Positions 1 through 14,468 of a stretch of DNA of 64,000 nucleotides are shown one piece after another. Source of the stretch: Marsupella aquatica (lineage: Eukaryota; Plantae; Marchantiophyta). The DNA is taken from assembly GCA_973895155.1 (NCBI GenBank), contig OZ316898.1:15282330-15346329 (forward strand), in the 5' to 3' direction. The translations under genes and the position numbers were made by a program. The notes beneath the pieces were generated by a model that was not told where the DNA came from, ran no database searches, and worked only from the letters and a program-made list of their open reading frames with translations. How positions within the stretch are numbered: the stretch's first letter is position 1; each line of letters starts with the position of its first letter.

Positions 1-485
1 GGTGCTGAAAGCTCGAGCTCGAGCTGCTGTCTGATCTCGCGAGCTGGGCTTGGGAGCTTGCTGGACTCGATCGATAGGGCTCGCAAGCTTGGTGGACTGG
101 ACTTCATGCTGCTCGTCTGATTTGATCTCGCTGTCTGATCTTGCGAGCTGGGCTTGGGAGCTGGAGGCTGGGATGATTTGATGCTGCTCGTCTGATTTGA
201 TCTCGCGAGCTGGGCTTGGGAGCTGGAGGCTGGGAGCGATCGATAGAGGCTCGCGAGCTTGGTGGCTGCTGGCTGGAGCTTGGTGGACTGCTGCAGTGCT
301 CGTCTGATTTCGCGAGCTTGGTGGCTGGAGCTTGGTGGACTGCTGCAGTGCTCGTCTGATTTGATCTCGCTGTCTGATCTCGGGAGCTGGAGGCTTGGAG
401 CGATCGATAGAGGCTTGCGAGCTTGGTGGCTGCTGGCTTGGTGGCTGGAGCTTGGTGGACTGCTGCAGCCACCAAGCCAGCAGCA
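1..485. repeat. Degenerate modular tandem repeat array
   Basis: Shuffled recurring modules such as GCGAGCTTGGTGGCTG, GGAGCTTGGTGGACTGCTGCAG, GCTCGTCTGATTTGATCTCGC and GCTGGGCTTGGGAGCTGGAGGC. The ORFs here only translate the repeats. Confidence 0.85.
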
Positions 486-1233
486 GTGTTGTGGGTTTTG
501 GAGTGTCGAGAGATGATCGAGAGATGTGGAGGTGGGATCGGATATTGTTAAGGTACAGCGCCTTGAGACAAGAGAGCAAAGGAGAAGAGCGAAGGAGAGA
601 TCAGGGCGCTTGCTCACTCTTGCTTTTTGGGCCGTATTGTGTTCTTGCGGCACGAGCGAAAGGATAGGCTCTTGCGGGAGAGTTGAAGACCCTTTTCTCG
701 CTTTTACGAGAGTTGTGATCTTGATTGTGTTCGGTTTTGCTCTCGCGAGTTCCTCATCTCCTCGTGCTGCACTTCTTCGGCGGATCCTGTAGCTGTTGTG
801 TTGCTGCTGTCTGGGATGTGTAGCTTGGAGACTGTACCTGAGCTGTAGTGCGAGACATTTGCAGTGAGTGTGTCATCAGCATCCCTGGTGTGGGGGCAAG
901 AACGATCAGGCTCGATTGTAACTCTGCAGTTCTTGGAGATCTATCTATCAATGTGTCTGGTGATTTGGGTGTGCTTGCAATGCGATGTGATGTGAGGCTG
1001 TTTGTTGATGATTGTGTGCGTGGCCTTGTGCAACGAGGGGTGAGTCTCACAAGTTGCATTGTCTCGAGAGTTTGCCTGAAACACTTTCTTTGATTGGAGC
1101 GAGTTCTTCGGAGTTCAACCCGGCTGCCTGCCTGTCTGGGATGGCGGGAAGGGTGTAGGGGCTAGTGGTAAGATAGGGGGGGTTCTCTGCTTGGAAGGCT
1201 GCATCTTGCAGTTTGGGGTTCAATTCCCCATCA
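1..1233. mobile_element. Probable LTR or TE end, truncated by the window start
   Basis: GC-richer repeat-containing block ending ...CAATTCCCCATCA (a TG..CA-type terminus), followed by an abrupt switch to AT-rich DNA. No coding evidence. Confidence 0.3.
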
Positions 1234-3558
1234 GAGATATTTCTGAGTATTTAAGATACAAAATAATGAATTTGCAAAGGTTACCCAAGAACTCCAATAA
1301 CTTACTTCCAATGTATAAAAAAATTGTACATATTTATTTAATTTTCCTTTGAATGTCGGAAAAAAAAATTCCGGCATTGTTTGTTGGTATTTATGCAGGT
1401 ATTAATGCTGGTATTATATGGTAGTAAAATAAGAAAAGAAACACTAGTGTTTGTTTTTTACATAGAGGGGTATGGACTTGACCATATGGTCGATTTTTTT
1501 TGGAAATACATTACTGCAAGAATATATTAAAAGTTTAATTTTCCCAAAAAAAATCCAGAATAAAAAAACGTAACGTGGTTGCGCCATATAGCAATGTCGG
1601 AATTTTGCTCTTGTTATAAGGAGGGTTCTTACTAATTTTGTTACTACAAAAGCTGCCTGAGATTATAATCTAATGAAGTATTGTTGAGAAATCAGATATT
1701 TTCTTGTTACAATTTTTTTTGAGTAAATTTTCCGTTGCAGAGCTCCAACAAATCATATTTGCCAGAGAGCCTTGCTCTTGTATAGTAAGCGTTAGCTTTG
1801 AGTACTTCGCCGCTCTAGAGGTACCAAAGATTTCCAATGCAATACTAAATAGAAATCTTTAGAACTAATAGAATGGACGCACACAATCTCAGTATCCTGA
1901 TGAAAATGTAGATAAACAATCCAGGAGAACATTTAATATCTAGATTCTATGATGATTAGCTGTAAAGTGGTAAAGTGCTCAGTCTCCCTATCACAGTCTT
2001 TGATAACTCAAAACAATGTACCCGTCCGTCCAGGTTTGGGGGGTGGAATTCTAGAATAATTGCCTAAAGTCAAATGGCACTCCGGTAGTACAAGGTGTAC
2101 GCAAGTAAAAGGTCTACGAGAGAGTAAGGTGTGACCGCTCCCAAACATGGTGTAGTTTGTTGTAATTTAATTACTGTGTAAGGTACGAAATTTTTTATTT
2201 ACTTTTTAGGAGAATGACGTGGAGGGCCAAAGAAATCTTTTTTGTTCTTGCAAAGCACCGAGGAATTATTTTCTTTCAGAAGGGTGGGGAAGGTTTCTAT
2301 TCAATTATGGTGCATTGGGGAGAGGAAAGGTGTCTGGGCAAATTTGTCCTTCCTGAGCTAATTAGTCAAGAAATGTCTCAAACAGGACTTTCTTGGCTGT
2401 TATAAAAATATGATGATTATTGGTTCCTTGGAAAGCTGATTCTATTTTGCTTCCAAGGAGCTCAGGCAGATTTCCTGCAGTTGAGTATTCAATGAGCAAT
2501 GTCACTTGCGATTTCCTGACTAGAGCCTGGACACGTAAATTCTCAACATTTTATTGTCACATCCATTTTTGGTCAAGAGATTTGATTCAATATACCTGAC
2601 CTGAACTCCATTCTTTCCAATTTCAAGTGCATAAGGATCGTAGCTACCTGGAAAGGAGTGACATTGCTTAATCATTTTCTCAGCATAATTCAGAGAGTGG
2701 CGCCCAATTTTCTGTCAGGAGAAGAGATAGAGCCAGAAGTTTCACGCGTAGTCATGAGCATTTGACTTTCAATTTCAAACAAAGCTGATGCATTATTTCA
2801 TCTCCAAGTAATCTTGACGAGAAAGGGTGTGCAATGATCAACTAAGGCAGCAAAGAAAACCCAGGAAACCATTTAGCAGCTTCAGTCAACTAAGGTGGGT
2901 CAAGTGAAACAGTGAGGCTTCTTACAGCTCTGAATGGACTGGTAAAGTGAAACAGCGCAACTCCTTAAGGTTGTGGATGGACTACCGGCTAATCTGGACA
3001 TAGAAGTGGTTGTGGCCGGTGTACCCAGTTTTACAGGTCACTTTATCGACAGAAAAGAAATGTGTGCTATCCGAGAAAATGACAGGTTTTCATGCGGTCC
3101 ATGGGGGTTGCACTTGTCCAGGGGAGGCTTTTGTCCAATGTCATGGTCCATCCGTGCTTCACTTTCTTGGAGAGAGAGAACAAGGAAAGGAAGACGGGAA
3201 AGTCTTAGTTTCTTCATCTACAACTATACAAACATTTACAAAGATGAACATATTGTTGTTTTCTCTTTAACTCTCCAATCTTCTTCCCCTTCACCCAAGG
3301 CTTCAAATTCTTTGTCCTCTCCTCAAAAGTCCTTTTTCTTCCATTTTGCACCTTTTTTTTTCTATTTTTTCAATTGCAAAGAGAGCTCCAATTAAGTTTA
3401 TGCACACTTATGTGTGATTTGCACAATTTCTTCAGCATACACGACAGCAAGTAATTTTAGTAGAGTAAAATTTGAACTTATGTGTAGGGGATCATGTTAA
3501 GGTGGGAAATCCACGCAAAGCCCATTGCACATCAGTAGTGAAGATATTATTGTAGTTA

Positions 3559-6032
3559 GGGTAGGTTCCCACCCACTCTTAGGGATAGTTATTAGACTGA
3601 AAGTTAACTATCATGAATTATGGAAAGTTAACTTTACAAAAGTTAACTATTCCCGATGCGTTCCAACCAGATTTTTGGCCTAAGTTGGTTAGTACTTTGA
3701 GATTAAAAACTATTTGTCCTTTTGATGAAGGTGAAAACTATGAGCATTTACCGTAAATATATTCAATGTGAATTTACTCGGTGCTCGCTCTTCCGCCTAT
3801 CCTCCTTTGGTACCCTTCTACAACGGACTCCGAGAGAATTGGTAGTCACCCCCACCGACATATGGCCTTCAATAGAGTCGAGACTGTAGTGAGGCCCAGA
3901 CGTACAGCAGGGAGACTGCCAAAGATGTCATTGAGAAACACTGCACGCTGATGTTCAATTGTGATTTGAGCCTACTTCACATGCAGAGCCATCCGATCCC
4001 GGTACCCCCCTAGATGGGATGACCATATCTACCCCCTGTTAATCTGCATAGAGAGCGTTGGGGGCGCAGGGAGTGACAAATGACACCTTGCACTCTACAT
4101 AAAGACCCGCATAAAGAAGTGTAGTACAATACAGTGTTATAATCTAAAATCAGATATGTTCCCTTTCCTGCAGTTGATAGCACTGGAACTTCGGTCAAAG
4201 CTGAAGAGTCGTGCACAGGAAAATGGACATGTGAAGCTTCTCGCAAATCATGACCTGGCTGATTTGAGGGCTGACGAATGTAGCAGGGATAGAGTCGCCG
4301 CTGCAAGGGCCAGTCACAATTTTGAAGAGTCTGTCTCATCAAGATGACACTCCGCCCATTTGCAAACTTCAATCGCTAGTTCAAACGGTTGCCGAACACT
4401 AAGCGTGCCTACAAAGATCAAATCAGCTTTCATTGGAGTCAATTCTCTTCTTGGGGGTTTCATTTCCACAAAATGGCACATCGCGTGCAACGAAATATAG
4501 GGTCATTTAATTTGTTCAAAGGGAAGACTTCAGAATTTTCTCAAAAGAACCCGCAAAAGAACAATAGGGTCTTTTAAATCCAATATTGAGACTTATAAGA
4601 ACATTAGGGTACCTATAACCAAAAAACCTTATAGGGGTTGAAAAATTAAAAAACAATTCTTACCTAGATTCTTACATTTTAGGGGGTCTGAGGCCCAAAA
4701 GGTTGCAGGTGATGGGGATCGATGCATCCATATAGTGAGACCCCCAAGATTCTCTTCTTGGTTCGGAATTCCCCTTCTGCATGTGGTTGGAAGTTGTCCT
4801 AGCTAGATGTCAATTGCTTGCATTGCTTTGAAAGTTCGTCGTATCTACTCAATGAAACTTTACTCTGAACTCCAATCATGACTCTCTTTCACGTTTACAG
4901 GGGTGCCAAGCCAAACAAGAGCTTGAAGCAAATTACTTGAGATGGATGGTACTACTTACTGAGCAAAGTTGAGGGAAGCCCATTGGAACCCGCATCCACT
5001 TGAGATCAGCGTCAATTGCACTTGATAGCCCTTCACTTGCTTGCTTGTTTTGTGTCGAGAGATTTCCAGTAGTCAACTAGAAGACCAAAGAATGAGAATG
5101 TAGACGAGGGAAGAAATCCACGATGGCTGCCACGACAAAGATAAAGTCTGACGAGGCCAAACTAGGAAATCTAAGGAGCTAGCAGCAACCTGGACTCAGG
5201 AGAAAAGTACATCTCTAGCATTACCACAAACTCTCTCTAACTTCTGTGCAATCAAGCAGAAGGCAGGCCTAACTCAGGCGAGAAACAATCACCCACAAAG
5301 GAAATGCGTCACTCCAAGCGTCGAAACAGGAAACATGGAGAGGGCAAAAATGAGAACTGTAGATCGGATAACTAAACGCTACCAACATGCTGATAAAAGC
5401 CCAAAACCTCAGAAACAAGACCAAGCCAGACACAAAACGGTGCTAGGACTGCGAACTCACGACAGTTAATGCTCATGAATCTTCTAAAGACCACACTCAG
5501 AACAACACTCCGTGCTCGATGACACCCAGCAAAACTCACAAAGTCTTCTAAAGACAACACTCTGCACAACACTCCCGCTCGACATGTGCACCCGATCTAT
5601 TCGCCTAAATGGATGGTTAACATCGTATAACACGGTACCTACAATCCTTGCGCGAAGCTTTGGAACGAAAGGCGACTCATCTTCACAACGGCATAATTGG
5701 ATTTGAGAGTTACCTTCGCGCGCGAGTGAAAAATAAACCCCGATAGATAGTTTGACAGGGTGGGTTCCCCGCCTCGAGGTCGAACACCACGACATAGAAT
5801 TTACAGGACTTGCAGGTGAAATATGTTACTAAAAAGTTAAGTGCCAAGAAGCTTGGCACTTAACTTTTTAGTTAAGTACTCACACATCTGCTTTCACTGA
5901 CTAACATTTGTTATTCATTTAAACTATCAACTTTAACTAAGACAGCAACTTGAGCCGGCGGGAACCCTGCGCCTAGTTATCTTTTTATATAACAGTATTA
6001 GTTTAAACATAACTTTAGGTGGGAACCTACCC
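3559..6032. mobile_element. Non-autonomous PIF/Harbinger-type DNA transposon
   Basis: Perfect 15-bp TIRs: GGGTAGGTTCCCACC (3559-3573) and GGTGGGAACCTACCC (6018-6032). TTA flanks both sides (3556-3558, 6033-6035), the PIF/Harbinger TSD. Subterminal AAAGTTAACT repeats. No recognisable transposase. Confidence 0.8.
5828..5872. repeat. Perfect 21-bp inverted repeat (hairpin) with 3-nt loop
   Basis: ACTAAAAAGTTAAGTGCCAAG-AAG-CTTGGCACTTAACTTTTTAGT. Confidence 0.95.
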
Positions 6033-6233
6033 TTAGCTGCTTGAGAAGAATCGGATGGAAAGTCACCTTCCGTTTTGTACAAAGTATTGGACTCAAAATA
6101 TTTACAGTACTCTAAGAAATATTCTTTTCAATGATTCCTTTGTCATCTGGGTACACTATAGCATTTTCAATGTATGTGTGTCTTGTTTGAGTACATAACT
6201 CCCTTGTGTACTATTTTCTTTGCAATTCTGCAG

Positions 6234-6501
6234 ATGGTATGAGGCATTACCATGTGTCACGAACAACAGAACCCTATGCCAGCCTGACCTGAGATTCTGT
6301 CCGGTAACTCATCCCCACTTGGGGAAAATTGACTACAACCCCCTTGGGCTCACCACCCTCGGGGATTACATCCCACAGCCCCCTCTTGGGGACGGGTTAC
6401 CGGACACCGGGTTGCTCCTTCTTCACTTTGTAGAGCCAGATATGGCATTGCCAACACCCTACCAACGTTCAATCTATGATACCTCAACAATTGCACATTA
6501 G
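6234..6501 (+). other. Possible terminal coding exon of an unidentified plus-strand gene
   Basis: Strong polypyrimidine acceptor (ttttctttgcaattctgcag) followed by ~88 open codons to a stop. Candidate upstream micro-exons with AG/GT borders near 1741-1784, 2928-2941 and 3037-3085. No family recognised. Confidence 0.25.
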
Positions 6502-6947
6502 ATGATGATGTTTTTGACAGCTAAAGCTCAATTATACAACAACGAGTTAATGATTGTTGTAAGATTGTGTAGGGATACTGAGTAAAGTTTGCCCCTGCTT
6601 CTGTAAAGCATTTCCAAACTATGTATCCTAGAAAGCGCAGGTTTTTTTAATTTTAAACAAAAATGTACTATTTTGGAAATTAGAGTTTTCCCAAGGAAAT
6701 CTGGTGGCAAAAACTCCAAGCGCCAAGAACTGCCTGGAAACTTTCCTGGGAGACATTGGTTGGGTCAAAGAAGCTATCAGCCTGTGGAATTAGATCGTAC
6801 CCAAGCTTCTAAAATGACTTGCACCGTCTATCTAATTTATCTACCTCTCATACTTCCTACATACAGGCCATATTGGAGTGAAAGAGAAAGGGCGCCTGGT
6901 GAAACAGTAACCGAGACATGAGAGGATATTGCTAAGCTAACTTAACT

Positions 6948-9131
6948 CTAATCCAATCTGAAGGTGTGCAAAATTTGTTCCTTGCAAATAGCAGCTTCAT
7001 CTTCACCCAATTCCTCAGTGTCATCAGTATCAAAATCTGCAGGATCTCGTGAATCTGAATCTGATAGTATCTCTGTTGCGTCATCATCTACATCCTTTTC
7101 TGTTTCTTCTGTAGGACCTGCTTTCAAACTCTTCATTATAGGATCATTCTCATCCTTGCCTGCTTTATCAGCCCTAGGCTCCAAATTATGTACAACAGGG
7201 ACACCAAAGCCCAACTTCTTTAGCTGTGATTCGTAAATGACTTTGAATCTTTCTCCCTCTGCAATGAGTTGATCCTTTATAGTTTGTCCACACTTTTCAT
7301 AAACTGCCAACTCTTTGATAGCCCTTGGAATGAATGCCCAATTGTCCATGACCATGCTCAAACCCTGTACGTCCACATAACTCAATTATATCTTCAAATG
7401 TCATCAATAAAAGCTGCTGAATCCCCTTTAATTCCAGATTTAGAAATCTAATCCAAACTCTTCTTAGATCTTGTGTTATTATTGTGCAAACAAAGAATAG
7501 GGTGCAAGTTTCGAATGATACCTTGTTCTCCTGCAAACTTCTGATAGCATCCTCTAGACACACCAACAATCCTTGAGCTGCAACAGCCTCCAACTCATTT
7601 TCCTCCGGCTGTAACCCCATTATATAGCACAAGTTACCCGAAAATTTTGGAAAGAGCCTATCATGGGGAAAAAGCAAAAGAAGCCGGCCACAGCCACGTT
7701 GCAAATTTTGTCTACAGGTGAATGTCAACTGATTCAAAAGAACCAATGGAATTGCGGATACGTACTTTGTCATTTTGCTGTTCCAACCATGTAAGTGTGG
7801 CTGCTAGGTCTTCCAGCACCCACTGTTGAATGTCAACTGGACTGGCTAGATTCTTCAGACGACCTCCTCTCTGATTCGGCTAATATTCCTTAACATAACA
7901 CTCCCAACTATGTCACTTCCAAGGTTATGGCTCAAGCAACTTGCAACAAACCTTGCACAACCGGGCTACATTCTTTTGTACACATTCACTTGCGTTTGCA
8001 TCTCGCAGAGCAAAGAAATTTTGCAAAAAATTGAAATGTTTACTCACCATCCCTGCTCCACCAGGATTACCGTGTTGCTTTGAAAGCTTTCTTTGAGGGT
8101 TTTTCGTTGGAGATTCATGGTTAGACTTACTAACTGCTTTGCGTTGCACATCTTTGCAACTCTTAGGGCCAGCAATATCAGTGTCTGCACAGAGAATAGT
8201 ACCATGAAAGCAGGGATAAGGAAACGCTAATTAGGAGATGCGCTGTCCATTTGTAGATAGAAAACCCTTTCCTCTGAAAGCTTATCATTTCTTCGGGATC
8301 ATTCTCTAAAATGTTGTGCTCCTAAATCTCAGTACTTTGAAGAGTTAAACCAGTACTACCTTCACCAAAAGCAATGGAGTCGTCCAAGGTGCTGACAGTT
8401 CTCCATGGTTTTCCCATGTGGAGTAAGTACATCTCAATAGCAATAAGCTCCTTTTGGTTGTAGCACTTTGTTATCCAGTCCTGTAAGATGTTACTTTTCA
8501 CTATCAGGAACCCACCTATTGAATAAATGGAGAACAAGCCCAACCAGAATTTGGTTCAGAGGTACTGATGAGAAAAATTGACACCCGGGAGAGACTCGTC
8601 ACCTTGTGAACAATGGTACCCCCGCTTGCCTGCACTTGTTTGAAAGTTGGAGTGTTGTTGATGGGGCACACAAGTAGAGTGGAATCAATACTCCAGGAAG
8701 GTCGATATTGACCACCCATATCCAAAGCCATCTTCCGCAGCTCAGCACGTTCTGGATTCACAATTCCTGAGAAAGTAAATACGACTCCTTCCTGCATCAC
8801 AAAGCTCATTTCTTACCTTGGCACTGGGAGCCAGTAAAAATCTATTTTGAATCTGTGGAGCTGCAGCCATCAATTTAGGTTCACTCACCATGAATTTGGA
8901 GAAGTCCTGGACACTTGGCTTGGTTCCAACTCCGAGAGATTTTGGAACAGTATCTGCAATATTGGGACTGCTGGACTTTTCAGTGACATCTTCAAACTGA
9001 TGTCGAGAACTCGTGTTCTGCTGTTGCTGGGATATTTCCTTGGGACTCTGAATTCCTTTAGGCTGTGCATGCGGAGGAATTGAATTACCAGCCCATGCAG
9101 GCAGCCTCCTTGTCTTAGTTGGTGAAGACAT
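6948..9131 (-). CDS. XRCC1: DNA-repair scaffold XRCC1 (plant type, BRCT domain); 7 exons: 9131-8889, 8791-8603, 8480-8366 (or 8360), 8184-8048, 7879-7766, 7608-7522, 7364-6948
   Basis: GT-AG spliced translation reads RRLPAW...DFSKFM/EGVVFTFSGIVNPERAELRKMALDMGGQYRPSWSIDSTLLVCPINNTPTFKQVQASGGTIVHK/DWITKCYNQKELIAIEMYLLHMGKPWR...QQWVLEDLAATLTWLEQQNDK/PEENELEAVAAQGLLVCLEDAIRSLQENK/...WAFIPRAIKEL...DTDDTEEL. This follows plant XRCC1 along its whole length. Confidence 0.93.
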
Positions 9132-12100
9132 GGAACACCTCCCTTGCCGTGGAGGGCATCAGAAAGGTTCGATCCTTTGCTTGATGAACCAGGGATTCCA
9201 CCAATGAGGATAGGAGTCACCCATCTGAGCTTACTAAACTTATGCGTGACGCCTGACGATATTGCTACATATATTCCAGAGAATATGACGAGAACCTGCA
9301 ATAACGCCGGATTGCAGCGCTAAAATTCATATGCAGTAATCCTTATTTTACATTGAGCTCATTTCCCACTCAGACGAGACCCCAGACTTGCGGCACTTTT
9401 GCAACCCAATGAATGTTTAAAAAACTGTGATTGAATGCAGGCGTTATTGGATACTAAAAAAATTCATGGAAAATGTAGATTCAACATTAATTGAATTTTC
9501 CTGCATTCCAATTCATGTCCATTACTGCATTTGTAAGTGACTCAAAACGGAGCAAGACCAAACAATCATGTGGCATGCAAGGACATAGCAACACCATGGC
9601 TTTTGGAAAAGTAAAATGGAATCACCTAAACTAGGTCATTCCCAGGATTACTACCAGAAGCGATCCAACAAAATATAAAATCTGGTGACAACATTTGAAT
9701 GTTTTAAATTTACTGTCACATAAGTCCTCTGAAGCATCCTCTCAGAGTGCTACAAGACGAAGATTAACACTAACCATAGCTCCCATCGTTAGCACTATTA
9801 AAAGTTATTCAAGTCAAACTTTTGTAAATTGAGAGAGGTCGCAAAACCCCAATTGGAATCGACCTTACACATCTTTCCGACCAAAAGATTACGTACCAAT
9901 TGACTTTCTCATCATCTCCACAGACCCCCCACTCTGTAGAGCTGCATAATCGTAGCACATGGTACTGCGCTGGCCATCGTTGCTCATCGCTCTCCAATCC
10001 TTCCAAGCCAGTGATGTATCTCCCTTGAGACCTTTAAAGACTGGACATCTCATTTGCAAAGGTTCAAATACCATCATTGTCCTCAACAAGGTAAGAATAG
10101 CAGAGCGGAGCTAACCACAGTCATCATTTTAACTACACTGCTGTAATCAATCTTACCTCTGAATTAGAGTTTGTCCCTAGTAAAGCTTGGTAAACCCTAA
10201 TTTGAGGTTGGAGCCAGCTTGAATCAGTAAAACACAACATTTATTATTGTGGGTTTTCCTGCTAACATTGTTTGATGCTGCAATTTCAATGATAGAGAGT
10301 AATTCCCATTTGTCAAGTCCTGTAATTGATGCCCCTATCATGAATTCTGCTTGTGTTCTCTCTTGGTCCAGACTTTGCTCATGATGAAAATCCAGACAAT
10401 TTGTCTGGCAGTTTTTGAAATGATTATTTAAATTGATTTTATTTTGGGGCAAGTTGGGCTCCAAAAAGTGTTATTATTGGAGCCCCCAAGTAGGCTACAG
10501 GTAGTGTTCCGCACAAAACAAATTACTAGTACCCTAATGTTACTAAGAGCATCTCCTGTGGTTTAGGGTCAATGACATCTAAATTCAAAATGTAGCCTAT
10601 CATCTGGAGGCCTAGAAATTCGAAAAGCCCTCATATTGAATTCAGTCCCTAGTGGTTCACCACTTTCTTTGACCTCCTATCCCTCCAAAATGATGTGTTG
10701 TCATGCCTAAGTTCAAGATCTCAATCATATTTAGGATCTTGCCACATGTGGTGGAATCTCTGGTGTAAATGGGAATAGAGTGCAAGAGACAAGTCTCTTT
10801 CTTGACTACCAGTTCTACCAAATAAGGAGATCAGGGTTATGATAATGCAACTTCCAGGGGAAACCCAAGTTACAAACCATAATGATGAGGGACATATTGC
10901 TCTCGACCATAATTGATAATATGTAATTTAACTCTTGTGTTCTTTTGAGAGTAAGATTGTAGAATGATTTTACTTTCTCAGGCAGTAAACCTATCCATAT
11001 AGCACGTTCATCCTGGAACATGCCTCTTTTTTTGGTCTTGTAGTGAGATGTAATTCATTTAATTTATTTTATGATAAAGGATAGGTACATGTAAAGTATA
11101 TGCCAGAAAATTAATATTTGTTAATTAAGAGTGAGTGACATAACACACAAAGCCATAAGTAGACATGCAAAGAAAAACACATTATGACCAATAAAGTACA
11201 AAGGTACTAAAGAGTTGTGCACATACACTAAATACATTTTCACTTGCTTCTAGGTAATGACACTCAATTCAATTAAAACCATAAATTTTGCAAAAGAACT
11301 ACGAGGGGAACTTAGTACACCAGATGTGTACATTGTTCAAATTCATTTTTCTCACTCTCATGAGAGAAAAGAGAATTCACTAAGAGGTGATTGAAAATGA
11401 AAGATTAAACATTTATGAGGGGAGCCAAATACATTCAAAACACATTAAGTTCACTAAAATTAAAAGGGTCCCAAAAGTTAATTCACAATCAAATTAATAT
11501 AAATGATTCTCCTTGTTAAGGTACATTAAAATAAATATACTGGGCACAAACTTTGAATAAGACAAAATCTGAAAGGTGTATTCTCCATTGTAGCAGCTTC
11601 ATAATTATTCTTCTCACCTTCAGGCAGTAAACCTATTCATAAAGCCAGAGTATGCATGACACACATTTAAAATGTATTTTATTTACAAAATAAAATTGCA
11701 CACAAGGGGAGTCATTGTCAAAACTTTTGTAAGAAAAAAGGTTACTTATCTTCTTTTAGCCTTTTTTCCAAGGAATTTTCCTACTTGATTAAATTCCAAC
11801 ACTGGAGCTCAGGCTAATTATTTCCTGGGATTTAATGTGGGATTGTGTCTGTTTACAAACTTTGAGCTTTTCCCACTTTAGCCCATTAGTGTCGATTACT
11901 AGGGGAAATGGACCCTACGCTCCCTACAATGAACATGGGAGTGGATCAATTTGCCTTATGCACATGCCTTTAATTGTGGCCTGACAGATAGTTTACAAGA
12001 AATGAAGCACATAGGTAATGGATACACTGGGAGTATAAATGTTTAAGGTACTTTTTAATGTGCGAAGTATCACTTATTAAACTTTCAACGCTCTTTTTAA

Positions 12101-14468
12101 TTGCATCAAAATACACAATAAGGGGTGCTTGGGATGCATGTGTTCATAGGGTTTTAGGCATTTAATTAGAGAAAGCGATTCTCCACGGTATTAAGTATCT
12201 TGAATGAACCTAAAATGGACGTATCCCTTTTTTTAAGAATGCCCCAACTAGATTGGGCATAAGCAACAACTTACCACCAAGTAAACTAATCGAAATAGGC
12301 TACAAAAAGTAAGAAAACCATTTATAGGTCACATTATTGTTGAACTGTAAAAGGTGAGTCTTTACATTCTGCCAGTCCATCGGAGCTTATTCTCACTGGC
12401 ATAATATTGAGCACAATTTTTGATAATGTGATATGTTAAAAAAATTAAGTCTTGACCAAATCTGGGAGTGTGATTAGCATGCTTGAGCTGAAGACACCTG
12501 GATTGGGCAGATAAATAAATGAAAAGAGGATTAGACAAACCTAATTAAATTCACTAGTACATGACTTTCTCTACATGTAGTCCTGCTTGGAGACACTGCG
12601 CAACAATGCATGTGAAAGAAACTGTCAATGCTCCTATATAATCCTGATAGTGGATAGTAAGACAATATTTCTATTTTACTCAAGAGTTTCACATTTAGTA
12701 CACTAAAATATGAAGGGATGCTTATTTAAGCAATGCTAACCACTTAGATGGAAATTATTGTGGTCCAGACACATAGCAAGAAGACTCCTCATATATTGTA
12801 TTGTGCATGCCTTCAAACACTGCAATCTTGTGGAGCTAAATCTTGGGGGTTAACTTAGTGTATATTGTGGGGTACCATGTGCGATCATAACCTAATATAA
12901 ATACTCATATTTTATAAATAAAATATTTGATGTATATAATTTTCAATATTATTTAGATATTTTGCTTTATAAAAAGTATATATTAAAGAATATTCTATAA
13001 ATCTGAGTTTGTCATAGTTTCTTTTCTTGCAAGCACTCTTGAAAAATTTAGCCAATTTCCATCAAAAATATCCATTTTGGATTGCACATGGTTCCTACAA
13101 TTTTGATAGTTGACCCCTCAATGCCTTTGGATGCTTGCAATATGGGTGAGGAACTCACTAGTGACCAAATCTTCACATTCTTCAGCCTTAGTCCACTCAT
13201 TTCAAGAGATGAGCCAGTAGTTCTTAGCTCTGATGATCTATAGAACAATAGAATGACTTCACAATTGAAAAACATTTTACTCCTCAATTGAGAAATTTAG
13301 TTTAGGCCAGACTTGTAAATTTAGACCCTTCTAGAGATTCACTGCAATGTTCTAAACACAATGATGGCTATAATTAAAGTTTTGCAGTATTAACCTTTAG
13401 ATACCTACAAATTGAAACTTAACTACAATAACTGAACTTCATATTTAGCCCATAATTAAATGGCATAACGACCAAGCCAACACTCTTTCAACCATTCACT
13501 ATCGGTGGGTATCAACGTCATGAACCCTGAGTGTGAGGATTCTGCATATAAATATCACATAAAACTAAATCAAACATTTCATGAACAGCGGGATCCATGA
13601 TGGACCACTCTCTTGAACTCAATTCCAAATAACTCAATTTTTCAAGAATAATTGGAAAATGTAGTTTGTCTTGTGTGAAAGGTGGTTTTCATTTGCAAAT
13701 AATACAACCATCTACTTAACTCATCTAATAACCGTGTAATTGTTCAGCCTTTGTGACCTACCCCTTTGGTCACAGGCCTGGTTTGTATAGGGGTCACCTA
13801 TGAGAAGCAGTCTCTCCAAAATAACCCCTACATCTTCGTTTGGAGGTTAGAGTGCATTTGACGGATGCTCTTAATGCGCAAATTATTACTCTTAGTCAAC
13901 AATGGTAACTTTAATTGAGGCTTAGCAGCATAGATTTTGGCAATAGTGTTGTATTGTCTCGTGTGCAATGCTATTTAAAGGAGCGAGTAGGAAGAAAACC
14001 TGGAAGAGAAGCGGATGTGCGAATAAAAGAGGAGGAAGAGAACCCTTATTATTCCGTGCACCCGCACGTGTCGAGGGACGTGCATAGCAGATTCTCGGGG
14101 ACTACGTTTATAATCCCGGTGGCTTGTCTCATAAATAATAGAGCTGTTATATTCCTATCCGAACTAAGAATTCCGAAGTTCAATTCTCGTGTACTATCAA
14201 AGAATTGGAGGATTTTTGGGTGGTTTATTGTTTTGCAATCCGGGCAGGCACAGGGGATGCAAAGTAGGGAGATGTTGTTTCTCTCTATGGACTGCGCGTA
14301 ACTCTGAAGACCTGCTATGAAGAATGCAGGACTTCGAATTGTGTAAGAGTGGATGTAAGATGGAAATTGTACAGTCGCGCCGCAAGGAAACAGAGCAGGA
14401 AAGGGGGAGTAGGGCGCGGTGGTAGCGAGCAGCGCAACGGATAGGCCAAGTATTTGAGACTAAAAACA

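Noticed and set aside
104-1093. Several 80-120 aa ORFs
   Set aside because: They translate repeat modules or low-complexity sequence on both strands and show no domain signal.
9570-10140. Coding-like minus-strand stretch upstream of XRCC1
   Set aside because: Short interrupted ORFs with no recognisable family.
10544-13873. TAAGAGCATC...GATGCTCTTA as Harbinger/Tourist TIRs
   Set aside because: Only ~10 bp match, TSDs are not identical, and there is no internal support.
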